Shown here piece by piece: positions 1 to 11,380 of a stretch of DNA of 64,000 bases. The notes beneath the pieces were generated by a model. The model was not told where the DNA came from. It saw only the letters and a program-made list of their open reading frames with translations, and did not search any database. The translations under genes were made by a program, and so were the position numbers. Each line of letters starts with the position of its first letter. The stretch's first letter is position 1. Origin of the DNA: Asterionella formosa (taxonomy: Eukaryota); NCBI GenBank assembly GCA_002256025.1, contig NKIB01006909.1, positions 1 to 64,000 of the forward strand, given 5' to 3'.

Positions 1-134
1 GTTGGATCAGCAGTAGACAACTCAACAATATCTTCGACGTCCTCATCAGCTACAACGCATTGCTTCTCTTCCGAATCAATGCGAATAGAGGCAGCATCAG
101 AAGTTTCAGCCGTACCCACTACTTTGCTGCTCAT
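1..134 (-). CDS. 5' end of a gene running off the left edge (MSSKVVGTAETSDAASIRIDSEEKQCVVADEDVEDIVELSTADP...), product unknown
   Basis: ATG at 134 on the minus strand, open to the window edge, coding-like composition; too short to assign. Confidence 0.5.
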   Translation of the reverse strand, partial: MSSKVVGTAETSDAASIRIDSEEKQCVVADEDVEDIVELSTADP

Positions 135-1842
135 TGCGCCAATTAATCGAGATATAGTCGATGTCGGAAGATTGGTATAGAGATGAGCGGACTACTGATT
201 CTTGTATGACTCACGAAGCTGAAAGGTAATGTATACAGAGTACCGTAGTATATATATAACAAAAAATAGTTGGCGCAATATTTAATAGTATTGTGCTTGC
301 GTATTTACAGTTATTTTATCAGTGGCAACGGACGTGATACACAGTGATCAACGGCTTGATCAGTGATACAGCATTGGTCAGGGGTCCAAAAACTGTATCA
401 GTGATACACCCATGATACACCGGTGATCAGACCAAAAAAACCGTTGGTGATACACAAAAAAAAACCAAACCGCCATTTTTGTATCATATTTCGGCGATGA
501 TACACCAATGACAACAAATAACAGAATGATAAGAACGGCCCTCACCCAAAAATATGACATGATACATGATACATGATACACGGTGTACGTACATGTATAA
601 CATTTATATGATTACCGGTTCCAGGGTAACCTGGCACCTGGTTCGAGGTTTTACATGGTGGGCGATCCCGCGTAACTACACATACACTTATAGGGTTAGG
701 GTTACACAGATTATATCAGAACTCTATCAGGAGAGAACTCGACTACGGTAACACCTATATTGAATGCCGGTAGAGTACTTTAGTGTCAACCTAGACACAG
801 CACATCTACCAGTATTCTTGGTACTTCTACCGGTAGTTAGATAACCTGTACTTCATCTCCCTGCCTACCACCAGGTACCTGGTACTGGTACCTGGTACCA
901 GGTACCAGACCCAGGTACCTCCTGTTACCGAATCCAGTTCGTAAACAATGTATGAAAAATAGTACTCCGCAATTGTGTATCTGTATTCAGACTGGGTACA
1001 AACCGGTATGTTCGTCCCCAATTTATTAGCAAACCAGCGACAGATCGTCTAGTAAGTACTCGAGTACCAGGTACCTAGTACTCTTACCTCGTACCCTGGT
1101 AGAGTGAATACCTGGTACAAAGTCTAGTAAGAAGTTATCTGGTAAAGACCACGTATTAATCTTAGGGAAACAGTACGATATTCTATGTAGGAATATTAAG
1201 AAGTACAGCACGGTACCCTGGTACTACAAAGACATTACCGGAACTATGTAGCTACAGTCTACCAGAATTTATATGGAGGTGTCGTTACTCGAATCAAGAA
1301 TCATTCGACCTGCTATTTTTGGGCTACGTACACGCTCCGATGCAATAGAGCTCGTATTTTACTCCTTACCTCTCACTGCGTTTTCCCAGAAGAAACTTTC
1401 CTGCTGTTGGCACTCCGGTCCCCTGCTTGAAGGTGTGTTACCCATGGCGCTTTATTGTGATGAAGGCATGAATGAAGATCAGTTGATGAGAAATGAGATG
1501 AATGGACCCTCGGTTTATGTTCAGATGTAGTAATATGGTGTCGAGCGAACGGCTTGAATGCAATTTGTCCGAGAAGCTGAGATCAACAATATTGATTTTC
1601 GTCGCTTTGCTGCAAGGGTCGAACCAAGTCAATTGCCTTGTCGTATAACGAATGAGGGATAGCAGATGGACTCAGCCGAACGAAATTCTCCGCAGGGAAT
1701 TTCTATAAGCACCGCCCGTTTGGACATGACTCGTTCATTTCGACTTTTTCAGTTTTTGTTGGTTGTCCTTTGTTCGTCTCACTCTGCTCACCACTGACTT
1801 TCTTAACCAAACAGACTTAGTCTCACAACAACAACATTCAAT

Positions 1843-2328
1843 ATGCCTCACTCATTCGGAAAGAGAGCGCGTACGCGCAGAATGTTTTCCAAGACGTTTC
1901 GTCAACATGGACTCCCCAACCTTGCTCAATACTTGATGGGGATCAAGGTCGGTGACTACGTCGACATTTACGCAAACCCTTCGATCCATAAGGGTATGCC
2001 TTACAAGGGATATCACGGAAGAACCGGTATCGTCTTCAACATCACCAAGTCTGCTGTTGGTATCCGCGTAAACAAGTTGGTCAATGGACGTATCATTGAG
2101 AAGCGTATTCATGTCCGAATCGAACACATCCGTCAGTCCAAGTGCCAGAAGGAGATTTTGGCCCGCAAGGTTGCCAACGAGGCTGCTAAGGAGGAAGCTC
2201 GCAAGACTGGTGTCCAAGTTTGCCTTAAGAGATCCCCAAAGATGCCAAAGGAGGCTTACTTTTTGGCTTCCCCTGGAGATACCGAAATTACCACTATCCA
2301 GCCATTGCCATTCAGCGACCTTGTCTAA
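1843..2328 (+). CDS. RPL21: 60S ribosomal protein L21 (eL21)
   Basis: 161 aa; [34 protein letters not shown] and [10 protein letters not shown] match the eL21 signature. Confidence 0.97.
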   Translation: MPHSFGKRARTRRMFSKTFRQHGLPNLAQYLMGIKVGDYVDIYANPSIHKGMPYKGYHGRTGIVFNITKSAVGIRVNKLVNGRIIEKRIHVRIEHIRQSKCQKEILARKVANEAAKEEARKTGVQVCLKRSPKMPKEAYFLASPGDTEITTIQPLPFSDLV

Positions 2329-2415
2329 GAATAATCAAACTAGAAGGATGAAATATTTTGCAATTTCTAGAAAAATATTACCTGGATGATGCCTAGAACT
2401 CGATTGACCTTTAAC

Positions 2416-4371
2416 TCACTTTGCTCGGCTTGGTGGTAGCAAGGGAGGACTCATCATATCCGCGCTGAGTTGGCTTGGATGACTACCTTGAGTGGCTGGA
2501 TTGTCACTTGACGAACCAGTGAGATTGCATCCAGGTTGAGGTGAAACCAGGACATCATTGGTGGATTCATCAGCCAAGTCAAGTCGTGTGCCCTGTGAGT
2601 AATATACATCGGTGCTTGGTGCGGGGCGAAAAGGTGGTGGACTTTGCCAGTGCGACACGTTGGAGTCAAGGACTTTTATTAACTCTTGAGTCGAACACCG
2701 CGGACTATCTTGTGTGGAAACGGGCCCATTACTTGCTTGGCTCGGTTGTTCCATGGTCGGTATAGCTGCATCGTCTTGAGTCTCTATACCTTGTGTTGCG
2801 GGGTACTCCGAGTCGTCGCATTGCGTTTCTGGATGCTGGTGATCGTTCGTGTGAGTTTCGGGATTGTCGATGTCCATACCTTGTGATTCTTGGTTCATGG
2901 CTACATCTTGGGCCTGAGTTTCCGGCCCTTTGTCATCTTCAATGTCATTGTCGGAAACTTGCTCGCTATCTTGTTGTTCCATTTCTTGGAATAGTGCTTG
3001 TAAATGGACGTTATTTCGGGGTTGATCGGGCATGTAGTTGCGTTTTAGTGAGGCCCTCTGTCTTTTATTCCAAGCCTTCCACTCCAAAATGACTTTTTTA
3101 GGGATCGCCGTGTGTGGATAAGGCTGCATTGTTCTTGGATCCACGAAGCCTTCTGCAATCAAGGGCTGTAGTTCGGTGGGAAACAACTCGCCCAATATTT
3201 GTTGTTGTTGTTCCTGATTATGGCACAGCTTTCGATAAGGTTCGTGCTCCATCAACTCTCGGTCGCTTCCAAAGGGTGGATTGCGCATTAAGGCACACTT
3301 GGCTTTGATTGGATCGAAAATAATGGGGTGTCTGTACATAAAGAGTGCCGACAGAAAGCTAGATTCGAAATCTAATTTTCCCTGTTCATCCAAGACTTGG
3401 TTGGATTTGCTGTAAAGCCTTTCAAAAACCTTGACAAGCGGCGGTCGATGGTCTAGTTTAGATAAATGAAAGGCGTATTCGACAATCTCCTTGGCCGTGA
3501 CGGATCCAATCATCTTCAAGGACGTGCAGTAATCGCATCCTACACACACAAACAAGACAGCTAACATGCAATCCGAGAAATCCATCAAGGAGAGCGATTT
3601 CGGAAGCAAGTCCATCGCTCCTAGGTCTCCTCTTTGAATCAATTTCCCTCTTCCCCCATCTTCCTTGTACAGAATTGAGCGCACTCCGTGAGCAATCAAA
3701 TCACTATCCTCTGTCAGTACCAAATCCACCATTCCGTATTCACTGAGAAATGCTAACTGTCCATCTGCTTCGTACGGCGACACCAAAAACGTAATTTTTT
3801 GAATCCTCAACGATATCATGAGTTCTTCTATAATGGCGGCGTATGATGCACCCGCTCCAGTTCGTTTCGCAGCCTTTAGCCTGGCGTTGTTGTCCCCGCC
3901 CTGTGCATCTCGTTGCTCCATAGCGGCTTGCTTTTTCGCAAATCGTTTCCCGTTTTCGTTCAGCTTCAACGGCGGGCTCTTTCCGTCAAACACGACCAGT
4001 AACTGTGCCTTTGCTGTCGATTGCAGCGCTAAAATGCGGTCAAGGACATAGGTCGCACACACTTTTATATATTTGTTTCTGCTTTCCGCGTTTGTGAAAT
4101 CCAATGCATCGCAACCTTCCACCATCCGTGCGTGATTATTTTTGTTCTGAAGCTGAGCTCTTCCAAAGTTGGTCAAGTGTCGTTCGTCGACGAGCATGCT
4201 GCCATGCCCATGAGTGGCTCGAGCAATCCAACCAGACACATCCACGCCGATCCGCAGCGGTCGGATTTCTTTGCTAGAGCAATCTTCAATACCGCGACTG
4301 TAATTACGCAAATCGATATCCCGAGCTGCAGTCGTGAGGACTCGGTTTAGCAGGTCTCCAGTGACTCCCAT
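2416..4371 (-). CDS. EXO1: XPG/Rad2-family 5' nuclease, exonuclease 1-like
   Basis: MGV start, GVDVSGW, VVFDG, SPYEADGQLAFL, TEDSDL and GCDY motifs; low-complexity S/T-Q-rich C-terminus. Confidence 0.85.
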   Translation of the reverse strand: MGVTGDLLNRVLTTAARDIDLRNYSRGIEDCSSKEIRPLRIGVDVSGWIARATHGHGSMLVDERHLTNFGRAQLQNKNNHARMVEGCDALDFTNAESRNKYIKVCATYVLDRILALQSTAKAQLLVVFDGKSPPLKLNENGKRFAKKQAAMEQRDAQGGDNNARLKAAKRTGAGASYAAIIEELMISLRIQKITFLVSPYEADGQLAFLSEYGMVDLVLTEDSDLIAHGVRSILYKEDGGRGKLIQRGDLGAMDLLPKSLSLMDFSDCMLAVLFVCVGCDYCTSLKMIGSVTAKEIVEYAFHLSKLDHRPPLVKVFERLYSKSNQVLDEQGKLDFESSFLSALFMYRHPIIFDPIKAKCALMRNPPFGSDRELMEHEPYRKLCHNQEQQQQILGELFPTELQPLIAEGFVDPRTMQPYPHTAIPKKVILEWKAWNKRQRASLKRNYMPDQPRNNVHLQALFQEMEQQDSEQVSDNDIEDDKGPETQAQDVAMNQESQGMDIDNPETHTNDHQHPETQCDDSEYPATQGIETQDDAAIPTMEQPSQASNGPVSTQDSPRCSTQELIKVLDSNVSHWQSPPPFRPAPSTDVYYSQGTRLDLADESTNDVLVSPQPGCNLTGSSSDNPATQGSHPSQLSADMMSPPLLPPSRAK

Positions 4372-4621
4372 GATGGTGACAACTTATTCATGTAGTGGTA
4401 TTGTATGGTATCAGAATATGTATGTATGCCTTGGGTGATTGGAGATGAAAGCAGGTACTTCATGAACAAATTACTGGTACAATTGTAATGTTCCTTTATC
4501 AATTAATTCTACTACGGTACGGTGGTACATTGCTTAAAAGTTTGTGTCGCGAGAGAAAAATTTGGCGCGGTCAAGCCCATCGAAAAACGAACCGACTAGA
4601 AAATTACCCAGTAGACAAATC

Positions 4622-7600
4622 TTAGACCCAAACAACTTCGCCTTCCTCCAAGTCGTCTATGGATATACCGAGCAAACCTAATAACAAATCTGGATTCACC
4701 GAAAAGTGAGAATTTAGATTCTCCAAAGCTGCATGAATATGCAAATGTACTTGTTCGTTTAGATTGGCTTCAATAATCTCGGTCAGCTTTTCTTGAAATT
4801 GCTTCACTGCCCTGTTGAGAAGCCAATCAATTCCAGTGTCCTTGACTGTGAACTTTACTCGTTTTAGCCTGATATCGAGCTCTTGTAGTTGAAGGACAGG
4901 AACGGGAACAGATGTTCCCATCTTCATTATGCGGCCTTTCTTGCACTCGACCCTGAGTAAGATGAAGACATTTTGTACACAGAGACTTCCAAACCCCTCA
5001 AAGATTGGGTCAAAAATAGTCCTGCGCTCGTCTTTTTCAAATCGGAAGTGAAACATGTCGAGGTTCAAGGTAAGTTTCTTCATTTCTAGATAGAGCACGG
5101 TCGAGTCAACGCGAGGATTAAATCGACGTCGAGGACTTTCAGGGAATGCAACGATCTTGGGAAATTTGACTTGACCTGGAAGCTTGCTATCAGATTTAGA
5201 AGGCGGTGGATTACATGTGATGTGGTCAGCTTCCGTAACTTCTTCCCTCTCTTTCTGAAGCTTAATTTGGAACGAAACATCTCGGATGGCAATTTCGAGA
5301 AGTTCATCGTCGTCTATTTCAAGGTTGCGCCAAAGTTCAATGCCGCAGTTTAGAACGCTGGAAACTGGAAGTCCTTGGAGGATATTAGCAACGTATCTAT
5401 CGGTAGGTTGTTGACCTACACCCCCGAAACCGGACTGCCAACACCCGTGAAGCTGAGCATTGAGCAAAAGTTCACGAATTTGATCCAAAATGGAAATCTC
5501 CGTGTTTCCCGGGGCAGACCGAGGGCTGTTTTCGACTGAGGGTTCAGACAGCAAGGAATCGTTATTAGTCACCTCACCAATGCTGGGCACGAGCACGGGA
5601 AAGAATATAGAGTCACCGCCCAAGACTTTGCAGATAAGATTCTCACGTTCTACGGTAACGTCTGAAAGCGTAAGGTCCCCTCCGTCCTCCCCTCTGCAGG
5701 TGAAAACCCAACCATCGCCAAGATCCCGTCGTTCTACCGGTATAGACATCTTTGGTAGATAATCCAAGAATCGCTCGATCGCAAGAGTGCTCTTTTCCCG
5801 AATGAAGACCGGCAATTTTTCGGCATCGACAAACGCTTCTGATGCTTCCCTAAACAACTCGTCGATGTCTACTTCGTCCATCAAATTCAGAATATCGTCA
5901 TCAAGACTTCGATAGTATGGCAAAACCACCATGAATTCTTTTATATCTTTGCAGAAGGATTCCAGGTAAAGAATTAGTTTCTCGTCAAGCTGTTGGATCA
6001 GCTTCACAGCATCATCTTGCATAAGAAAATTGAGCCAGTCAGCGGTGAGATCACCTCCACCGATGCGATGAAACTGGGCGACGCACAGAGAAAACAACTT
6101 GGACATCGGCACCATCATATCCTTGAAGTTATCAGGCATGTTTGTAACAGCCCATCTAAACTCCTCATCTGCAGCATCGAGCATTGGAATCCAAAGCTTC
6201 GCTGCTATAGTAAAATCCTTGAGCATTCTTAATTGGCGTAGGGTATGAATATTTGATGCGTGAATTGTGATCATACGGGACGCGGCGGGCTCGTTTCGGA
6301 AAACTCTAACAAAAACGCGCTCGAGAAATTCCATCATAAAGTCACTTCGAAGGAGTTTCAATACCGATCGACGAGGTGATGCTATCCATTTCAAAGCTTT
6401 TCCTAGTTGGGCCATCTTCTCTGTGTTCCGAATTGATGCACTTTCGTCACCAGACGTGGCTGATGACAGGAGACGGATTATGTATTTGAGAGTCGTACGG
6501 TAATGCATCCGGCTATCCTCCTCAACTATTCTGGACTGCACCAACGCATCTTCTACGCTTTGGACAAATATATCCCATTCACCTTTTTCTAGGGCGAACA
6601 AGAATCTTTCGTCCAGAAGCACAAGGTCGACGAATCGAAGAATACGAACCTTGGCCTTATTGCCTTGACGCTCCATTCGTTCTATGATGCCTTTGATCAC
6701 TTTTTCGATTCGCTCCTTACTTGGGCCTAAAGTTGCGGAAATTTCGGTCATGGTCCTCTTCCAAATAACTAGAGAGGTGGGAGACACATTCTTTTGATGG
6801 ACTTTCACAATGGTCCTCAAAAACAAGAGGAACTCATAGAAAATAGACAGGCCCAGTCGAAGGTTAGGTTGATCTTTACTGGAAGCACGAGCGATGGCTA
6901 CAGTCTTCATAAGTGCTCGAATAACAGAATTGGCCTTCTTGTAGGCTTCTAACAAATCAGCCTTGAGTACTTCAACCGTCGATTCCACGACAGCACTAGA
7001 CTCATCCTTTGGCTTATCTCTCGAAATAAAGATAGAATTGAGAAGCCAGAAACCAGGTCCCGGTTGATCCGCGCAGGATTTGCCGCTTTCCGTAGAAGTG
7101 GCCAGGTCAATTCCAATAGTTTCGACGAAACAGTCCTTGTTCTGTAATTTTGGAGTCATGCTTTCTTTTTCTGTTTCTGGTTTGTCCAACCTGTCCAGGA
7201 AATCAATAATGTTGGTGAAAAAGCGATTGACTCCCTCGTCGAATTCTCGGTCCTCTTCCAGCGCTAGGAGGAAACTATCCCATATTGTTTGAAATCCCTT
7301 GGAGAAAGCCTTCCAATGACCTTTGTCTGGTGACGACTCTTTATGCATCTGATGACGAATAGCAGACTCGTAGTTGTCTACCTGGATTTGGTATTGCGAT
7401 GCTTCGCGAATGAGTTCAATTACAGGAATGAATTCTGGTCCTTGGCACGACAAGATATCACATCTATTGAATTCTAGAACTTGTCCATCATGAGGACCTT
7501 GTTCCTTGATATGGACAAAGTAGCGACCCAATTTGAAATTGCGACCAGCACTGACGTAACTCAAAACGTCGCCTTTACCTAGTGTGGTTTGCACAGCAAA

Positions 7601-10195
7601 GCCAACTGCGGCCTCGACAACGCCTTGAAGGGCTTGCCTATTCAGGTACGCGTTTGCAGAACCTGCCCCCCTCCGTTGCCAGAGAGACCGCACGATATGG
7701 CAATCATCTTCAACTCTCCATCCAACTAGCACACCAACACCAAAGGAAGTAGCAACACAAGCCCCAATTGGAAATTTCGAATGACGGGGTACATATTGTT
7801 TCTCCCAGTCATCCATGATCCTCATAGTCATTTCAGTGAATTTTCCGTCACGAAGGAAGCATCTGTCTAGAATTACTGTGACGGAAAGACAATTGGTGTG
7901 TCGGCGGGATGCATGCCTACTATCTGACTCACAAAAGGGTCGAATATTAACTCGCTTGCAGGAAACTACAGTTCCCATTTGAAAGAATGATGAAGAGACA
8001 TTTCCGAGCTTGACTCCAGGATGCATAGGAAAAATTGGAACTACCATTTTTACACCGGCTTGTAGTATCGGCCTCTGATGCGCAGGCTTGGATAAAGTTG
8101 AAGACGATATTGATACGGTTTGAGTCGTTATGTGGGTTGCTGGAAATGTTCTGACACTGCTATCAACGTGCTGCCTTGATTCCAACTCTTCCGCGGCACT
8201 GAATCCCTCAGGCAAATCAAACCTTTTTGAAAGGCTGGGTGGTCCAGTAATGGTGATATTCACTCCCTCTTCATTTACAACTTCTAACGAGATTGGTTCA
8301 TGACACGACCTTTTAGCTTGCATGCAATCGCCATTTAGCTCCATTGGAGGACTCACTTCAAATTTAGCCAAGAAACAGGGTTCACTATTGAAGTAAACAG
8401 ACTTTGAATTGTCCTTCTTCTGAGTGATCTCACTCGATGCACCTCCAATTTTCACGGTAGATTTCAGTTTGTCTCTTGCGGAGTTCGGAGAAGGTGGTGA
8501 AAAGTCGCTATCTGTAGCGTCTGTAGCGATGACGGGATATCTATGCACAATTGTCGAGTGGGTATCTGACTCTGCTTCATTTTTCGATTTGGTCGAAATG
8601 GAAAGGCTTGGTGACTGAGCCACTGATGACGCTGATGTCCACATGGCATGTACCGGTTTAGGTGGGGGCACCTTTGCCCTTGATGGCGTCGTCACAATAG
8701 CTATCGGTATGTTGGGAGAAATGGTAGTGCTTGACAATTTAAGAGGATCAGAATCTATCGGCTGGGACAAGATGCTACTAGAGTCATTACCAATGCGCTT
8801 TTTTCTCTCGTCTTTTCCAAACTTCTTTTCAACGTTCCTAGTTATAGACTTGATTCGTTCTGCGGTGTCTTGAGAGGCGACGGCTCGCTGAACATGTTCT
8901 GAGTTCAATAGCCGCAAACCGATCCGAGTACCAACATCTACCCAGTTCAGATCGCTGTCTACATCAGATGCAAGCGAGAAAGTTGAATTAAACGAAGACT
9001 CGCTGTGCAAATCGATGCCAACTGACATCACGTCTTCTGCAAATGTCAACGACGAAGCATTGTCATAGTCGTCGTCCGAATCTACGCTATTTTGCAGTAA
9101 GCCACGTTTCTTCGAACATGATCCACTGGTTTCACTAAATTCTTCATCGGACCATCTTTCACTCAATATATTTTGTTCACCCATGAAGTCGACCACGTTG
9201 TTCGGTTCTCCGTTGACAATGCTTTCGTAGATATAGTCGTCCGGAATGTTGTCAATCAACAGTTCACCTATTTCAATGAGATTGCGTGGCTTTGCCTTTT
9301 TGAAGGCTTTTCGCTTTTTTCGCGCTTGAGATAGAATGAAATCATTTTTTATCATAAGATAGCAAAAGTTAACAGACGTGACATGATCTATTGACAGTCG
9401 ACTCCACTCTCCTGGAAATTCTTCCTTCGGCGGTGGACAATCACGGAGAGACTCTCGTTGGCTATCGGTTTGCAGATTTGAAAATGAATAGGAATTTTTG
9501 TTCCATTCTCTGCCAGCTATTTGTCTTCCCCAGACGAGGGTTGCATCTATCCATCTAAGGCATTCATAGGTGGCTTGCCAAATCCCTCGAAGGGATACAG
9601 GCATCACTTTGATGAGCTCATCAACATCTACCAGCACCGGCAGGAAGTGGACAGCAGATATCCAAACAACTTGATAAGTCCAACATAGTGCTTTTTGCAT
9701 CATAAATGCAAAGAGGAAAGCAGCACACAAGACAGCGCATCCAAGTGTTCTAACCCCCAATTTCCAAGATTGGCAGTCCCTTATCATCCAAGAAAAGTAT
9801 TCCTCGCAAAGCTTGGTAAGGAAAATCAAAGCTTGGCTCGGTTTGCTTACTTCATTGAACATCTCCTTCAAACGCTGAATATTTTTGGAGCATAAAATTG
9901 GCTGAAACGAGTATTCTTCTTCGCACCCTTCAGATTGTGGACTCGAAAACATCGGATTCGTGTTTAGCAGCCTTGTCATTCCTTCTCCCAACAAATCACG
10001 TTGTTCCAGTACGCTCGTTTTGGATAATTTTTTGCTTTTCTCGGTCTGATCAAACAAAACTTCTTGAATGGCTCTTCGCCATTTCTCCTTTCGATGAATA
10101 GAAGAGGGTTCTTGTGGTTTCATGTCATTTTCGTTCGCTTTTCGTTTTAAAGCTGTTGTGTCCTGTATGTTCAGGTCGGCATTTATCTGCTCCAT
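4622..10195 (-). CDS. 1857-aa protein of unknown function; N-terminal hydrophobic segment, disordered linker, possible beta-barrel repeats and possible BPI/TULIP-like C-terminus
   Basis: Uninterrupted 5.6-kb ORF starting with ATG; domain suggestions come from motif pattern only. Confidence 0.85.
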   Translation of the reverse strand: MEQINADLNIQDTTALKRKANENDMKPQEPSSIHRKEKWRRAIQEVLFDQTEKSKKLSKTSVLEQRDLLGEGMTRLLNTNPMFSSPQSEGCEEEYSFQPILCSKNIQRLKEMFNEVSKPSQALIFLTKLCEEYFSWMIRDCQSWKLGVRTLGCAVLCAAFLFAFMMQKALCWTYQVVWISAVHFLPVLVDVDELIKVMPVSLRGIWQATYECLRWIDATLVWGRQIAGREWNKNSYSFSNLQTDSQRESLRDCPPPKEEFPGEWSRLSIDHVTSVNFCYLMIKNDFILSQARKKRKAFKKAKPRNLIEIGELLIDNIPDDYIYESIVNGEPNNVVDFMGEQNILSERWSDEEFSETSGSCSKKRGLLQNSVDSDDDYDNASSLTFAEDVMSVGIDLHSESSFNSTFSLASDVDSDLNWVDVGTRIGLRLLNSEHVQRAVASQDTAERIKSITRNVEKKFGKDERKKRIGNDSSSILSQPIDSDPLKLSSTTISPNIPIAIVTTPSRAKVPPPKPVHAMWTSASSVAQSPSLSISTKSKNEAESDTHSTIVHRYPVIATDATDSDFSPPSPNSARDKLKSTVKIGGASSEITQKKDNSKSVYFNSEPCFLAKFEVSPPMELNGDCMQAKRSCHEPISLEVVNEEGVNITITGPPSLSKRFDLPEGFSAAEELESRQHVDSSVRTFPATHITTQTVSISSSTLSKPAHQRPILQAGVKMVVPIFPMHPGVKLGNVSSSFFQMGTVVSCKRVNIRPFCESDSRHASRRHTNCLSVTVILDRCFLRDGKFTEMTMRIMDDWEKQYVPRHSKFPIGACVATSFGVGVLVGWRVEDDCHIVRSLWQRRGAGSANAYLNRQALQGVVEAAVGFAVQTTLGKGDVLSYVSAGRNFKLGRYFVHIKEQGPHDGQVLEFNRCDILSCQGPEFIPVIELIREASQYQIQVDNYESAIRHQMHKESSPDKGHWKAFSKGFQTIWDSFLLALEEDREFDEGVNRFFTNIIDFLDRLDKPETEKESMTPKLQNKDCFVETIGIDLATSTESGKSCADQPGPGFWLLNSIFISRDKPKDESSAVVESTVEVLKADLLEAYKKANSVIRALMKTVAIARASSKDQPNLRLGLSIFYEFLLFLRTIVKVHQKNVSPTSLVIWKRTMTEISATLGPSKERIEKVIKGIIERMERQGNKAKVRILRFVDLVLLDERFLFALEKGEWDIFVQSVEDALVQSRIVEEDSRMHYRTTLKYIIRLLSSATSGDESASIRNTEKMAQLGKALKWIASPRRSVLKLLRSDFMMEFLERVFVRVFRNEPAASRMITIHASNIHTLRQLRMLKDFTIAAKLWIPMLDAADEEFRWAVTNMPDNFKDMMVPMSKLFSLCVAQFHRIGGGDLTADWLNFLMQDDAVKLIQQLDEKLILYLESFCKDIKEFMVVLPYYRSLDDDILNLMDEVDIDELFREASEAFVDAEKLPVFIREKSTLAIERFLDYLPKMSIPVERRDLGDGWVFTCRGEDGGDLTLSDVTVERENLICKVLGGDSIFFPVLVPSIGEVTNNDSLLSEPSVENSPRSAPGNTEISILDQIRELLLNAQLHGCWQSGFGGVGQQPTDRYVANILQGLPVSSVLNCGIELWRNLEIDDDELLEIAIRDVSFQIKLQKEREEVTEADHITCNPPPSKSDSKLPGQVKFPKIVAFPESPRRRFNPRVDSTVLYLEMKKLTLNLDMFHFRFEKDERRTIFDPIFEGFGSLCVQNVFILLRVECKKGRIMKMGTSVPVPVLQLQELDIRLKRVKFTVKDTGIDWLLNRAVKQFQEKLTEIIEANLNEQVHLHIHAALENLNSHFSVNPDLLLGLLGISIDDLEEGEVVWV

Positions 10196-11380
10196 ATCGA
10201 TCTTAAGAACTCTATTTAATTTGTGAATCGCCGTGGGTTAGTAGATGACCTATGATGTAGTGTTTTTCTAGGAATGAAGGCAAACACAGACTGACGATTC
10301 ACAGTAGTTTACGATGGAAGTATATTTAAGCGGTTCTTTGTCGTCATTTTTATTTTGTTGTGAGTGTATTTTGCCGTTATGGGATCATGAGTTTCCGTTT
10401 TGGTGCTCCTCGTCTTGATCCTATATCCCACGAATACCGGCACATGCATATCGTCTCGGTACACTACCTGGTACTGGTACCAGGTACTGAAATGTCGAAC
10501 CGGTAGACAGGAAGGTCCGGTAATGGCGCTATCATTGCACTTAGTCAGTTTTTGCAATTTTTTGGGTCAGGATTAAAAAAGCATTCTGGACCAGATAGCT
10601 ACTATGGCAGACTTTTAAAAATTCTATCCCAAATCTACTGGTATTTCCTATTCTTGTTTTTTAAACATGTATAGCCCTTTAATTCTGGAGAAAAAGACAA
10701 CAATGGCTGTATATGGAATTAATTTGAGAATTAAACAGTGTACGAATATTGCCAGTGATTAGCAAATTGTGTTCACGAGATACAAAGCATGATGGTATTT
10801 TGATTCAGCAATCAGCAAGTGCTATTACTACTACTAGAGTGATCGGTGATTGCTATTAGCAATCAGCAATTGCTGTTATTGTTCCACAGTCACTGTCAGA
10901 AATCAGAACAAGGTGCCTCCAGGTAGCCAAGTAGCTTGACTAGTATGAGCATACTAGAAGTACAAGCCTACTAGACTACCTGATAAAGGTATAGTAGACT
11001 AGACTAGTAATAGACTATTATAGGTAATATGATATTATGTAAACTTTTAGCTTGTGTCTGGCCGGAAGCCACAGACACATAGAATAATAGCAAATTAATT
11101 TATTTTAGATGATTTAATTATACATATTTCGATTTAACGGAACAAATTGGTCCTTTAGGCTCCTGAATTTGAACCCTTAGCTCGAGGTAGAGTTAAAATA
11201 CATATCAAGTCAGAGTAGTCACACACACACACTTCTTACGAGTAAGATTTGAATGTATATCGCTAAACGGAGCTTTCACCAATAGACACCCTTTCTATAT
11301 GCATAAAAGCATGTCTGTGAATAGATTTTCCATTCGATCTAACGTTTTACTAAGCATACATGAAAAAACTGATTGATTAT

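Noticed and set aside
379..392. CAGGGGTCC as a hAT transposon terminus
   Set aside because: I found no inverted partner or 8-bp TSD in the window
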